From the NCBI GenBank assembly GCA_000004695.1, contig CM000152.2, forward strand, positions 1,504,001-1,568,000: a DNA stretch of 64,000 nt. The letters are read 5' to 3'. Positions within the stretch are counted from its first letter, which is position 1. Each line of letters starts with the position of its first letter. The position numbers and the translations under genes were made by a program. Below, in pieces: positions 1 to 13,214 of the stretch. The notes beneath the pieces were generated by a model, which saw only the letters and a list, made by a program, of their open reading frames with translations, did no database searches and had not been told where the DNA came from. The DNA comes from Dictyostelium discoideum (taxonomy: Eukaryota).

Positions 1-269
1 ATATATTAATATATTACCTTTTTAATCATATTTCCTAAATAAAAATAAAAATAAAATAAAAAAATAAAAAAAAATACAAAAATAGAAAAATTATTATTCT
101 CTTTTCTTTTTTTTATTGGTTTTTTTTTATTTTAAAATATCTTTCCTAAAATGTTCATCTTCTAATTTATTTATTTTTTATTTATTTTTATTTTTTAATT
201 TTTTTTTTTTTTTAATCTTTTTTTTTTTATTTTTTTTTTTTTATTATACTTTATTTAAATATATAATAG

Positions 270-1814
270 AATATAAAGATGAATCATTTATGATACCAAA
301 AAATACATCAGTTATAGTAAGTAGGGTACCAATTGTGGGTAATAGATCTTATATGCATACACAAGCAATATCATCAAATCCAACATCAACATCGAATGTA
401 CCAGCACCATTAATCATATCGAATAGCGAAGCCACTGAAGGTGTGGATCAAGAAGAATTAAAAATCAATGCGTTACTTCAAACATCAGTGGCACAAACTG
501 GTGCAATGGGTGCTGGTTACAATAAATTTCATCATGGTCATGGTGGTCATCATCATGGCGGTCACCATAATGGAAATAATCATTACAATAATGGGACTAA
601 TACCACCACTGGTGCCAATCCATCAAATGCTGCAAATACAAATCAAGCACTTAATGGTAATGGTGGTGCCCCAACTGGTATTCCAAATGGTACCAATCCA
701 TCAATGGTGGGTGGTGTTGGTGCTGGTGGTAAACCAATGTCAGAGAAAGCACCTCATCCATCATATATTTGTCATAGATGTAATCAAACCGGTCATTTCA
801 TTAATCAATGCCCAACAAATGGTGATCCAAAATTCGATAAACATAAAATGAAAAAACCATCAGGTATACCTGTAACATTCTTAAAACCATTACAACCATC
901 AACCACCCAAACTCCAATGGGTCCATCAACAGTTTTAATGCCAGGTGGTGGTGTTGCTGTAGTATTAACCAATGAATCCCAATTCAATAAAATGGCAAAA
1001 TCAATTATTTCAAATGATGAATCTAAAAAACAAAAAGATCAATCACCAACTATTTCAAGTACTAATACAACTGAATCATCTGATGATCCTTCAAGTAAAT
1101 TCATTATTAATCAATGTACTTTATGTAATAAAACTACAAATGAATCTGAACCATTATATGGTATTAAAGCTAATTGTTGTTCAAAAAATATTTGTTTTGA
1201 TTGTAAGTTTATTATTTTATTTTATTTTTTTTTATTTATAATAATTAAGTTTTTTTTTGATGTATTAACTTTTTTTTTTTTTTTTTTTTCTTTTTTAATA
1301 ATCTTTTATTTTTTTCTTTTATTTTTACCCTTTCCCTTACTCCTAATATTAATTATAATAATAATTAATAATTAATAATTAACAATAATAATAATAATAA
1401 TAAAATATAAATGAAATTATATTTAAATATATTTTTTTTTATGAAAAAAAAAAAAAAAAGGTATTCATAATTCAATTGTAAAGAATAAAACTAAAACATG
1501 TCCATTGTGTTTTTGTGAATTTGATGTTAATCTTTTGGGTGAACCAGGTATCTATAAGATTAATGGATTACCACAAAATTTTTTAAATAAAAAGAGAGAA
1601 AGTGAAAATTTAAATAGTAATAATGAAAATACAAGTAATAAAAGATTTAAAACGGGTGTAAGTGGAGGTGGAGGTGGTGAAAACGATGAAAATACCACTA
1701 ACCCCAATAATACAAATATTGACTCACACCAACAATCACATCAACAACCATATCAACATAAACCAAAATTTAATAATTACTACCAACAACAACAACACCC
1801 AACAATGCAACATC

Positions 1815-1902
<88 letters not shown>

Positions 1903-2692
1903 CCTTAAATATTATAATGGTAATGTTGATCCAAATTATCATTATAATGGTGCAGCAGCCACTCAATATCCATATTATGATCCTTATGCTCAACAATATT
2001 ACGAACAACAGCAACAACAGCAACAACAATACTACGGAAGAGGTGGTTACACTAAAGAATATAATAACGAAAATAAAGATAGAAAATATGAAAGTAATAC
2101 AAAATCTGATTATAAAGATGGAAGTAGAGATAGAGATAGAGACAGAGATAGAGATAGAGAAAAGGACAGGGACAGAGAAAGGGAAAGAGAAAGAGATAGA
2201 GATAGAGATTATAAAGACAGCAGAGATAGAGATAGGGATAGAGATAGAGATAGAGACAGTAATAGAGAAAAAGATAGAGATAGAGATTACAAAGATAGGG
2301 ATAGAGAAAGGGATAGGGATAGAGAAAGAGAAAGGGATAGAGATAGAGACTACAAAGATAGTAGTAGTAGAAGTGGTAGAGATAGAGAAAATGACCGTGA
2401 TTCAAGAGACGGTCGTGATTCAAAAGATAATAGAGATAGAGACTCCAAAGATAATAGAAGCAGAGATTCCAATAGAAGTAGCAGTGATAGAGATAGTGGT
2501 CGTAGTAGAGGTAGTAGTGATAGAGACTATAAGGATAGTAATGGTAAAGAAAGAGATAGCTCTTACAGATCTTCCTCCTCATCATCTTCTCATGATTCAA
2601 AATATAGAGAAAATAATAACAGCAGCGGCAGTAGTAGTACTAGTAGTAGTAGTGGTAGTGGTAGTGGTAGAAGCAGTAGAGATAGAAGATAA
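270..2692 (+). CDS. RBBP6/Mpe1-like E3 ligase, 5'-truncated in this window. It has the C-terminal end of a DWNN domain, a CCHC zinc knuckle, a RING/U-box-like finger and a long RD/RS/RE-rich tail with a poly-Gln tract. Exons 270..1202 and 1461..2692; the first exon(s) lie upstream of the window.
   Basis: Translation 'EYKDESFMIPKNTSVIVSRVP' matches the end of a DWNN domain. 'YICHRCNQTGHFINQCP' is a CCHC knuckle. 'CTLCNK...CCSKNICFDC|IHNSIVKNKTKTCPLCFCEFD' is RING-like and is split by a 258-bp intron with a GTAAGT donor at 1203 and an AG acceptor at 1459-1460. Both exons are in the same frame and the intron length is a multiple of 3. RDRDRDRE repeats occupy 2130-2400. Stop TAA at 2690-2692. No ATG or DWNN N-terminus is found within 1..269. 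Confidence 0.75.
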
Positions 2693-3088
2693 TAACAAAT
2701 TATAATAATAAAAAAATAAAACAATAGTAACGAAAAACACAAAACGATAAAAACAATTTAAAAATAAAAAGAAAATTAAAAAATTCAATAAAATTTATAC
2801 AAATACATTGTATTAAACTTTTAATATATATTTATACATAAAAATAATGAACCTATCTATTAATAGAATAAAATTACGAATTTTTGGTTTATTTTTTTTT
2901 TATTTTTTTTTATTTTTTTTTTCTTTTCCTAAACAAATGTGGAAATTAATTTTGGTGCGATCAACACTTAATAAAATAAATAAAGATTTAAAAATATAAA
3001 TTATTTTATTCGTTTTAAATTTTTTTTTTTTTTTTAATTCCATAAAAAATAGATTTGATTGCCCTAAATAAAATTAATTTCAAATTTT

Positions 3089-3121
<33 letters not shown>

Positions 3122-3424
3122 CATTTCCAAAATTTTTTTTTATTTTTTAATTTTTTTTTTTTTTTTTTTTTTTTTTATTATTAAGCCTATCATTTTAAAA
3201 TGGAAAATATAAAAAAACCAATTATTTAAAAAACCAATTGGGTTTAAAAAAAAAAAAAAAAACCTTTACCTTCACCAATAAAAAACAACCAACAAAAACC
3301 CAAAAACAAAAAATCACCAATCACCAATTTAAAAAAAAAAAAAAACTATTTATTTATTTATTTTATTTAAACTAAATTTATTGTCATTTTTGTGGTAAAA
3401 ATAATTGTATAATATAAAAATCAA

Positions 3425-3471
<47 letters not shown>

Positions 3472-3521
3472 CACGCAACCAAGAGAGTGTGTATATATAT
3501 ATTTATATAGCAAGTCAACGA

Positions 3522-4219
3522 ATGATTGATTCAAAAGATTTAGCTACACTTTTATCATTATTGGATGAAAGTGATAAACCATTTGAGACAATCGCAACCA
3601 CATTTTATAGAACATTTAGTAAAAACGATCATTTTAAAGTTGGATGTGCAATTTATACAATTATAAAAGATGGATTTATAAGGATACCAAGTCAAAGATT
3701 AATTGGATTTTATATTTTATTTAGTTTATATAAACCAGACTCTTCAATACTTTCATCAAATTCATTATCATCTTCTTCAATATTAACACCATCTTCAACA
3801 ACAACAACAACAACAACTGAACATAATAATAGTAATAATAATACATCATCACCATCTTTCTCTTCTTCAACAGTACCAACCAACACAACATTACAACAAA
3901 ACACACCATCATCAACATCACAAGCTATATCACCATCTTCATCAACATCATCAACGTCAACTTCATCATATACCAATACTACAACAAATACTACTATACC
4001 ATCATCATCACCAACATCGACAACCAATACAATCATTGAAAATGTAAATGATTATCCAATTGCATTTAATCCATTTCTACCAATATTTATAGATGAACTT
4101 GAAAAACAGATTGATTCATCAATCTCTTCACCACTTTTTAATCCAATAGAAAAACAAATTTTGCCTTTATTTTTAACAAATTTACCAAAAGATGTATGTT
4201 TTATTATGATTTTTCAGAT

Positions 4220-4253
<34 letters not shown>

Positions 4254-4792
4254 TAATTTTAAAATTAGTTTTCCAAAAAAACACCAAAAGAAATTATAAA
4301 TATAGGTATGAATAATACAGCGAACACAACCACAACTACAACAACAACAACAACTACAGCAACTACAAATATCACATTACCAAATATATCAATATCAAAA
4401 TCATCATTAAAAGAATATAAGAATTTTTATTTAGAAAGATTACCAAATCATTGTTTTCCGTCATTTAGGAGTATCGGTATCTCTCAAAATATATTATTCC
4501 AATTACCATCCACTACTACAACAACAACCAATACACCTACAGCGACAACAACAACAAATACAACCATTAATACACAACAATCAAACCCTTCATTAAATAC
4601 AATTAAAAACCATGATATAAATAGTGAAGAATTAAGTTTCTTTTCATTTGAACCACGTTTTAAAAGGGCTGAACCACCATCATTTAACCCTGTAACCGTA
4701 GGTATTCATTTTAATTATTAATATTATATAAAAACATCACCATTAAACATTAAGGGATGACTAATATCAACAATTCAAATTCTTTATATACA

Positions 4793-4830
<38 letters not shown>

Positions 4831-5561
4831 CAACTTGGATAAATCCTTCAATTAATCATGGATTATTATTATCGAATCCAATGTCATCAACAGTAGCAGC
4901 AACAATAGCAGCAACAGCAACATCAGCACCTACAACAATATTAATACCATCACCAACAACAACAACAAGTTATAACTCAAAAAAAATAGTTAGAGATTTA
5001 ATGACAAAAGCAATTAAAGGGAGATTAAAGAAGAGTCAAATTCTACAAATTAAAAATGAAATGGATATTGACCCTAAATTAGCATACTATTCTGGATTGA
5101 CACCAAAGAATTTACCATTTTTAGTAGAGAATAATACTCAAGTTGCAATTGATACCCTTTTGAAATTAATTAATTCACCAGATTTTAAAGATCATTTTCA
5201 AACTTTAATCTCTATGGAAATGAATTTTCGTTCAATGGAGGTTGTAAATGCATTGGCAACCGTTGATTTACCCCCTCATTTCATTCCAATGTACATAACG
5301 AATTGTATCGACTCTTGTAACAATATCAAAGATAAAGCAATGCAACAAAGATCTGTTCGTTTGGTTTGTGTTTTCATTCAATCATTAATTCGTAATAATA
5401 TTATAAATATTAAAAATCTTTTCTGTGAAGTTCAAACTTTTTGTTTAGAATTTTCAAAAATACGTGAAGCAATTAGTTTATTTAAAGCAATTAATGATAA
5501 TAATAATACAAATAATACAAATACAAATACAAATACAAATAATTCAAATACCACTAATACA

Positions 5562-5609
<48 letters not shown>

Positions 5610-5663
5610 CTTATTAATATTGGTGAAGAAAATCCAAATTTAATAATAATGGCAACAAAGTAA
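3522..5663 (+). CDS. cnot11: CCR4-NOT complex subunit 11 (CNOT11/C2orf29 family, DUF2363). Three exons: 3522..4193, 4269..4697, 4830..5663.
   Basis: N-terminal 'LATLLSLLDESDKPFETIATTFYRTFSKNDHFKVG' and C-terminal 'DPKLAYYSGLTPKNLPFLVENNTQVAIDTLLKLINS...RLVCVFIQSLIRNNIINIKNLFCEVQTFCLEFSKIREA' closely match the CNOT11 family. Intron 1 runs from donor GTATGT at 4194 to the AG at 4267-4268; the junction reads 'LPKDV|FSKKTPKEIINIGM', which parallels human 'LFKKTPRQIALMDVGNMG'. Intron 2 is 4698..4829 (donor GTAGGT, contains an A30 run); the junction 'TTWINPS' parallels human 'AWLNPTEP'. A poly-Asn tail is followed by a TAA stop. Confidence 0.8.
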
Positions 5664-5814
5664 AAATAGTCCCAAAGGAAAATAAATGAAAAAAAAAAAA
5701 AAAAATTTATAGCCCCTGATTTGTTCTTTATTAAAACCTATAAAGAAGTAAAAGTGGAAAAAAAATAAATAAAAATAAAAGAATACAAAAAATAAAAAGA
5801 GATAAATAAAATAG

Positions 5815-5848
<34 letters not shown>

Positions 5849-6147
5849 TGAAAAACTATTTAAATTTTATTATCTTTTTTTAATTTGGTTACAACTATTT
5901 ATTTGAAATTAAAAAAAATAAAAAAAAAATAAAAATTAAAATGGTAAACCCAAAATAAAGGAAATAAAGAGTAATCTATTATCTTTTAGGGGATGGTTAA
6001 CTACTTAGATAGGTTTGAGATCAGTAATGCTAAAGTCGAGAAAAAGAATAATGGATTTTTTTTTTTTTCCAATTTTTCCTATTTGTTTTTTTTTTTTCCA
6101 ATTTTTCCAAATTTTTTTTTTTTTTTTTTGTATAATACCAACACAAT

Positions 6148-6179
<32 letters not shown>

Positions 6180-6644
6180 CCATTTTATCTCTAATATCAT
6201 AATTTATAATATTTGTATTATTTGAAAATCTTAAAAAAAGAGAGGTTGTTTTGGTCAGATAGAAAAAAAAAATTTTGGCCAAACCCACAAACTGATTAGT
6301 TGCAAAATTTTTTTTTTTATTTTTTTTTCTTTTTTTTTATTTTTTTTTTTAAAAATTTTTATTTGAAAAAAAATCAATTTTCTTTTTTTTTTAGTTTTTT
6401 TTTTTCTTTTTTTTTTTTTCTTTTTTTTTCAAAAAACTTTTTCCCATCTAATTGTATACTATCTTTTTTTTTTTTTTTTCCGGTTTATATTGTTATAACT
6501 CTTTATATATTTGTATTAAAATAAAACCCACTCCACAATAAAAAAAAAAAAATACAAAATACAAAATAAAATAATAAAGAAAATAATAAAATAAATTAAA
6601 ATCGCACCACCACTTTTTTTCGTTTTAGGCATAAACATCAAAAA

Positions 6645-7235
6645 ATGAAAAATTTTAAAGCCAAAATCATAACAGCAAAACAAAATGTTATGGAAAAAAC
6701 TGCAAAAAGAGAAAATACTCTTGAACCAGATGAGATGAAAGAATTAGAAAAGGTATTATATTTTATTTTATTTTATTTTATTTTATTTTAATTGGTTTGC
6801 TTTGAAAAAAAAAAAAAAATAAAAAAAAAAAGATTTTTTTATTTTTTTTATTTTTAAAAATAATTTCAGAAAATAAAAAAATAAAATAAAATAAATGACT
6901 AACTCCCCCCCCCCCCCCCATTAAAAAATTAATTTTAAATTTAATAATAGAAAACAACAGAAACAAAAGATTTCCTCAGAAAATTAACAAAATCAGTTGA
7001 AAAGGAAACTTTAAGTTCTGGTGTATCAATTCAAGATGGTACAGAATTAGCTGATAATTTCCTTGATTATAGTGTTCATGTTAGAGATAATCAGAGTGAT
7101 TTAGTTATTCTTTCTGGTATTTTATCAAAAATTGGTGAATTTCAAGCTGGTTTTGAAGATTTAAAATCAAAACTTGTATGTAAAAAAATATATATTTAAT
7201 ATATTTATGAAATATATTTCTAACTTTTTATTATA

Positions 7236-7301
<66 letters not shown>

Positions 7302-8700
7302 GAATTCATCATTAATTAATGATGTTAGTGATCCATTAAAATCAATTATTAAAACTGAATTAAAACAAGCAAAAGAATCAAAGAGAGAATATGATAGAGT
7401 TAGAGTTGCATTTGATGCACATTTATCAGAGTTGGCAAATTTAAGAAAACAAAAGAATGTTAAACCACCAAAGATTCAAGAGAGTGAAGAGGAATGTGAA
7501 AGATTACGTACAAATTTTGAACGTGTTGGAATTGATACTACATGTTTATTACGTGATACCAATGTGATCACAGAGTTTGAAACAGTTGAGAAACTTTGTG
7601 ACTATTTGGATAGTTATCATACATTCTTTCAAAAGGGATACAGATGGTTGGCACAAATGATACCGGATATCTACGAGTATCGTCTATACGTTGAGAAGAG
7701 AAAAGCAGAATTGGAGAAATCAAAAGTACGTATTAGTATGATGGTTTCACCACAGAAACAACAAGCGGACTCCTTGTCAAAAACCAAATGTTTTGGCGAG
7801 GATCTTTCCGTACTTTTGAATAGAGAAGGCTCAACATTACCATGGTTCATCGTTAGGGCATTCCAAGCCATCAGAAATCATATCGCAACAGAGGAGGGTT
7901 TATTCCGTCTCTCTGGTACCAAGAGAATCATCTACGAATATAAACAAAAAATCGACGAAGGTAAAGAATACAATCTCTCTGAGATTTTGGATATCCATGT
8001 GGTTTGTAATCTTGTTAAATTATATCTTAGAGAACTTCAACCTGAGCCATTATTAACCTATAGTCGTTATAATGAGCTTATCGACACATGCAACATTGAA
8101 GACCAAAATCAAAGAGTCGATAAGATTTCAAAGATTCTCTCCTCCCTACCAAAACATTATTACACATTATTACATCATTTAATTCATCTTTTAAGTCAAA
8201 TCGCATCTCAACCAAAATCAAAGATGGGTCCTGCAAATTTGGCTACTGTCATTGGTCCAAACATTTTAATTTGTCAAACTGATGTCGTTCTTGAAGATAT
8301 TGCTTTGGGTAATATGGTCGTAACAACTATCATTCAAAATTTCGATAGAATATTTGGTGGTCCACCACTTTTACAACAATCTGTACCTGATACCTATGTA
8401 CCACCACCAAATAATACTCGTAATAATAGTGTTAATAATTTTAATAATGTACAACCATCTTCTTTTTCTGCTTCAACCTCACGTTCTATAAATTTAAATA
8501 AATCTACAAATAATCCAAATATCAATGATGATAATAATAATAATAATAATATAAATAATTCCGATGACGAACCATATGATCCAAATGCACCACCAATTTA
8601 TTCTGGTGTACCAATGAGAGGTAATATAAAACATTCAGATTCTTGTTCAACTTTAGGTGATAGTTTTGATGAAGGTGATGCTGTAGAATTATCAGACTAA
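6645..8700 (+). CDS. BAR-domain RhoGAP (GRAF/oligophrenin-like Rho GTPase-activating protein). Exons 6645..6752, 6951..7175, 7303..8700.
   Basis: The RhoGAP core is 'FRLSGTKRIIYEYKQKID...LVKLYLRELQPEPLLTY...MGPANLATVIGPNIL', which carries the arginine-finger and MxxxNLAxVFGP motifs. An N-terminal helical BAR-like region is encoded by three exons. Donors are GTATTA (6753) and GTATGT (7176); acceptors are AG at 6949-6950 and 7301-7302. The frame shifts 0->0->1, consistent with intron lengths of 198 and 127 bp. Confidence 0.75.
6905..6919. repeat. Poly-C tract (C15) inside intron 1 of the RhoGAP gene.
   Basis: 'aactccccccccccccccccatt' can be read directly from the sequence. It sits in a genome-like context that is otherwise about 90% AT in introns. 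Confidence 0.9.
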
Positions 8701-8775
8701 ATAAATATCCCAATTCAACAAAACTGACTAAAATAAATAAATATCTTTTCATAAATATATACATATAAAATAAAA

Positions 8776-8836
<61 letters not shown>

Positions 8837-9003
8837 GCAATAATATAAAATAAAAAAACCTTTGCATAAATTTTTTTCTTTGTATAAAAATAGAAAAAAA
8901 AAGTAATAAAAATAAAGTGTATAATTATAATTTTTTTAAAAAATAAAAAAGAAAAATCTCCAAAATATGGATAAAAAGTTTATTCTATTTTACATTCGTT
9001 TAT

Positions 9004-9112
9004 TTATTTGAATAATTCAATGAATTTATTATCTTCTTCTAAATCTAAAAGTTCTTCGACTGTCTGTAATATTTTAAAATAATAATAATAAAGTGCATCA
9101 TTAGTATTTATT

Positions 9113-9148
<36 letters not shown>

Positions 9149-9501
9149 TTAAATAACGATAAAGATCTTATTTTGTGATGAATGATACCTACACCTGCGA
9201 ATTTGCCATTAATGAAGAGTTGTGGTAAAACAGTTTTACCACTGACTTTTTTCATATATTCTCTTTTTTCTAAATCACTTGCAACATCATATTCTGAAAG
9301 GATTAAAAATGAGAAAAAATTGGTTTTAGTTTAAGATCTTTTTTTTTTTTATTTTATTTTATTTTGTACCATCAAAAATAAAATATACATACCAACGTAT
9401 TCGATTTTCTTTGCTTCCAATAAATTTTTAATTGCTTGTTGGTCCTTTTTAACTTGAAGGTTACCAGCGACAGTGCTCATAAATAATTCTGTTTTGACCA
9501 T
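9004..9501 (-). CDS. SH3BGRL3-like small glutaredoxin-fold protein (SH3-binding glutamic acid-rich-like, no CxxC active site). Exons on the minus strand: 9501..9393, 9293..9193, 9063..9004.
   Basis: The assembled 89-aa product 'MVKTELFMSTVAGNLQVKKDQQAIKNLLEAKKIEYVEYDVASDLEKREYMKKVSGKTVLPQLFINGKFAGTVEELLDLEEDNKFIELFK' aligns along its whole length with SH3BGRL3 ('...IQYQLVDIS...PPQIVNGDQYCGDYELFVEAVEQNTLQEFLK'). Donors are GTATGT and GTAGGT; acceptors are TTTCAG and TTACAG. Phases 1/0 are consistent. Total 270 nt. Confidence 0.7.
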
Positions 9502-10462
9502 TTTATTTAATATTTTATATTTTAAATGTTTGGATATTAAAATGAAAATAAAAAAAAAAAAAAAAAAAAAAAACACAAAACAAAATTTTAAAAAAAAAAA
9601 AAATTAAAAAAAAATTAAAAAATAATTAAAAAAAAAAAATCTTGTTGTGAAATGGGTGGAAACAATTTATCATAATTTGGAAATTTTAATAATTTATAAT
9701 TTTTATTGTTTCTTTTTTTTTTTTTTATTATTTTATTATTTTATTTTATTTTATTTTATTTTATTTTTATATTTCATAATTTATTGTAAATCTTAATTTT
9801 TAGAAAAAAGCAATTAATTTTTTTTTTTTTTTTTAAAATCTAATTATTTTACCCCATTTTATTTTATCTTATTTATTTATTTTAATTTTAAATTTATTTT
9901 AATGTTTTGTTTAAATTTTGCCCATTTTAATTATTATTATTTTATTTTTATTATTATTTTTTTTTTTTTTATTTTCTTTTTTTTTCTTTTTTTTGGAAAT
10001 TAACTAAGACTGATTTGAAAATAATTTAAATTAAATAATTATCAAATTGTTTATTTAAATTTTCTAAACAAATATTATTTAAATCTAATTCAAAACAAAA
10101 TATTTATGTTTTGTAACTGATTTGATCAAACCATAAATATTTTTAAATTTTTTTTTTTTTTTTTTTTTTATTTTTATTTTTTTTTTATTTTATTTTTTTT
10201 TTAATTTTATTATTTTTTTTTTTTTGACGAGAAAAACGAGTGAATCGTAAAAATTTTTTTTTTTTTTTTTTTTTTTTTTCAGTCATTCAGAAATAAATTA
10301 TTTCATACAAAACTCTCGAGATTTCTCTAAATAAATTCAATTTTAGTAGAACCTCTTATAGTTATTGTTAGAATTTCTTTCTCTATCTATTCTTTTAGGT
10401 TGTCTCTCTTTAATACAATAACAGTTTTTTTAAAAAACTTTCCTTTTAATATATAAATAAAC

Positions 10463-11327
10463 ATGTCTTTCAGAGGTGGTCGTGGTGGTTTTGGCGGTGG
10501 TGATCGTGGTGGCCGTGGAGGTAATTATCATTAAAAAAATAAAAAATAAAAAATAAAATCATAATTAAATTACATTATTATTAACTTGGATTTTTTAAAA
10601 TTTAGGTGGTCGTGGTGGTTTTGGTGGTGGTGACCGTGGTGGCCGTGGCGGTTTTGGCGGAGGCCGTGGTGGTGGTCGTGGTGGTTTTGGTGGTGATCGT
10701 GGTGACCGTGGTGGTTATGCTTCAGGTGAAAATATTGGTATGTATTTATAATTATTAAATTTTAAAAAATACATATGCATATTAACCAAAATCTTTTTTT
10801 TTTATTTTATTTTTTTTTTATTAGAAATTGGTGTTTTCTCTCATGTTTGCGAAGAACAAATTGTTTGTAAATTAACAGCTACTGAACAAGTACCAAAATT
10901 CAATTGTAAAGTTTTATCATCAAGTAAAAATACCATTGGTTCAGTTGATGAAATTTTCGGACCAATCAATAAAGTATTTTTCAGTGTTAAATTAGACAGC
11001 GGTGTCCAAGCTACCTCATTCAAAGAAAACGATAAAATCTTTGTTGATTCAAACTCTGTATTACCAATTAAAATCTTCCTCGAAGAACCAAAACCAATTG
11101 CTAAAGTACCAAAAACACCAGGTGCTGGTGGTGCCGGTAGAGGTGGTCGTGGTGGTGCTAGAGGTGGTTTCGGTGGTGGTCGTGGTGGTGGTGCCGGTAG
11201 AGGTGGTTTCGGTGGTGGTCGTGGTGGTTCTAGAGGTGGTTTCGGTGGTGGTCGTGGTGGTGGTTCCGGCTTCGGTGGCCGTGGTGGTTCTAGAGGTGGT
11301 CGTGGTGGTGGTCGTGGTGGTTTTTAA
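10463..11327 (+). CDS. H/ACA snoRNP subunit GAR1, with Gly/Arg-rich (GAR) domains at both ends. Exons 10463..10520, 10606..10737, 10825..11327.
   Basis: The core 'EIGVFSHVCEEQIVCKLTATEQVPKFNCKVLSSSKNTIGSVDEIFGPINKVFFSVKLDSGVQATSFKENDKIFVDSNSVLPIKIFL' matches the GAR1 family. Both flanks carry RGGRGGFGGG repeats. Donors are GTAATT at 10521 and GTATGT at 10738. Both introns are phase 1. Stop TAA at 11325-11327. Confidence 0.8.
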
Positions 11328-11904
11328 ACAAATTCAAACAATAACAGTAGCGACAATTTAGTTAATCATTAACAACTTTATACAAATATACATCATAAAT
11401 CTCAAAAAAAAAAACATCAAGAATCAACTAATCAATCAAAAACAATTTTAACATGGAAAATAATATTCACACACACAAACTCACTTTTTAAAACTTTTTT
11501 TTTTATAACCTTAAACCAAAAAAAAAAAGTCTCAAACAAACAAACACACCAAAACAATCTAACTTAACCTTAAAAATACTTTTTAATTAAAAAAAAAAAA
11601 TAAATAAAAAAAAAAATAAAATAAAAAATAAAAAAAAATTTTAAAAAATATATAAACACTTTTTTTTTTTTTTTTTGATTATCGTCCAATCAAATTATTT
11701 ATTTCACACACCACAATCTATTTTTTATTTTTTTTTTTTTTTTTTTATTTTTTGGTTTAAGTGGGTGTGGTAATGTAAAATTTCAAAAATGAATTTTTTT
11801 TTTATTTTTTTATTTTTTTACATTTCTGTTAATATCTAATAAATTCAATTAATATATTTTAATATAAATATTTTAGTAGTTGTAATAAATCTAAAATTCA
11901 AGAA

Positions 11905-13172
11905 ATGAATGAAAATAATGATGATATTAATAATTTAAATACACCATGTGTTTTAGTATTGGATTCAGTTGTTAGAAATAATTGTATTAAAATGAATGAA
12001 AGAGCAGCATCACTAGGTGTAAATGTTAGACCACATATGAAAACTCATAAAACAATGTATTGTATTTTTTATTATAAAATAAAATAAAAAGAAGTTAATT
12101 AATAAATTTATTAATATTTTTTTTTTTTTTTTAAAGTGAAATTGGTAAATATCAATTTGAAGAAAATAAAAATTTAAATAAAAGTAGAGGTATAATTGTA
12201 TCAACATTATCAGAAGGTAAATTTTTTTCAAAAGAATTTAAAGATATATTATACGCAACACCAATTGCACCAAATAAAGTGAAAGATGCTTATCAATTAC
12301 ATTTATCAATTGATAGATTGAATGTAATGTTTGATAATATTGAACATTTAAAATCAATGGTAGATTATGCAATCAAGAATCCAAATGAATTTCAAAAGAA
12401 ATGGTCAGTATTTTTAAAGATTGATTGTGGTTATCATAGAGCTGGTGCAGATCCAAAATTACAATCAACCACTGACTTGGTTGAATTAATAGTAAATGGT
12501 GAATATAATCAGTATTTCCAATTCCAAGGTATTTATTCACATTCAGGACATTCATATAAATGTCAAACTCCAACTGATATAAAGAATCTAGCAATTGAGG
12601 AAGCTAGAGTCACAGGTGATTATGGAAAGAAATTGAAATCATTGGGATATAAAGTTGACACAGTTTCAATTGGCTCAACACCAGTTTGCTCACATTTACC
12701 TCATAATCTATTGAGTGAATATGGTGTGAATGAAATTCATCCTGGTAATTATACATTCTACGATCAAATGCAATATGAATTGGGTAATTGTAAATTGGAG
12801 GATATCGGTGTTCATGTATTGGCAACCATAGTTAGTATTTATCCTGAAAGAAATGAACTCTTGGTTGATGCAGGCTCATTAGCATTATCAAGTGATCCAG
12901 GTTGTACTCATTTAAGAGATCTCAAAGTCATCAATAATTTCGGTATCGTCTACAATGATACAAACTTAAGAATAGTTGCACCAAGCCAAGAGGTTAGTAA
13001 AATTCAAAGTACAAATCAATCACCAATCGATTTCTCAAAATATAAAATTGGTTCAAAAATTCGTATCATTCCAAATCATTCTTGTTTAACTGCTGCGATG
13101 TTTTCAGATTATCATGTAATTAATAATGATAATCAAATTATTAATTCATTTAAACCAAATAAACATTGGTAA
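11905..13172 (+). CDS. dsd: D-serine dehydratase of the yeast-DSD1/alanine-racemase-N type (PLP-dependent). Exons 11905..12056 and 12137..13172.
   Basis: The PLP-lysine motif 'RPHMKTHKT', plus 'GIYSHSGHSY' and the C-terminal 'NHSCLTAAMFSDYHVI', are all typical of the DSD1 family. The intron runs from GTATTG at 12057 to the AG at 12135-12136 (80 bp, phase 2). The junction reads 'KTHKT I EIGKYQ'. Confidence 0.8.
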
Positions 13173-13214
13173 ATTTTTTTTAAAAAAGAATAAATTAGAA
13201 ATTTATTAAATTAT

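Noticed and set aside
468-851. 127-aa + ORF overlapping the RBBP6-like gene in another frame (also 805..987 -, 972..1241 +).
   Set aside because: These are alternative-frame read-throughs of real coding sequence. The products are hydrophobic and low-complexity, and no homology is recognisable.
1662-2788. ORFs 1662..2705 (+), 1736..2029 (-), 2052..2600 (-) and 2597..2788 (-), encoding poly-N, poly-L and poly-Y proteins.
   Set aside because: They are frame-shifted or antisense translations of the (CAA)n and RDRDRE-repeat coding region of the RBBP6-like gene.
11002-11361. 119-aa + ORF rich in poly-Val ('VVVVVLEVVSVV'), and the 10841..11023 minus ORF.
   Set aside because: These are the other frame and strand of the GGT/CGT (Gly/Arg) repeat of GAR1. 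The real frame is the one giving the RGG repeats and the conserved GAR1 core.
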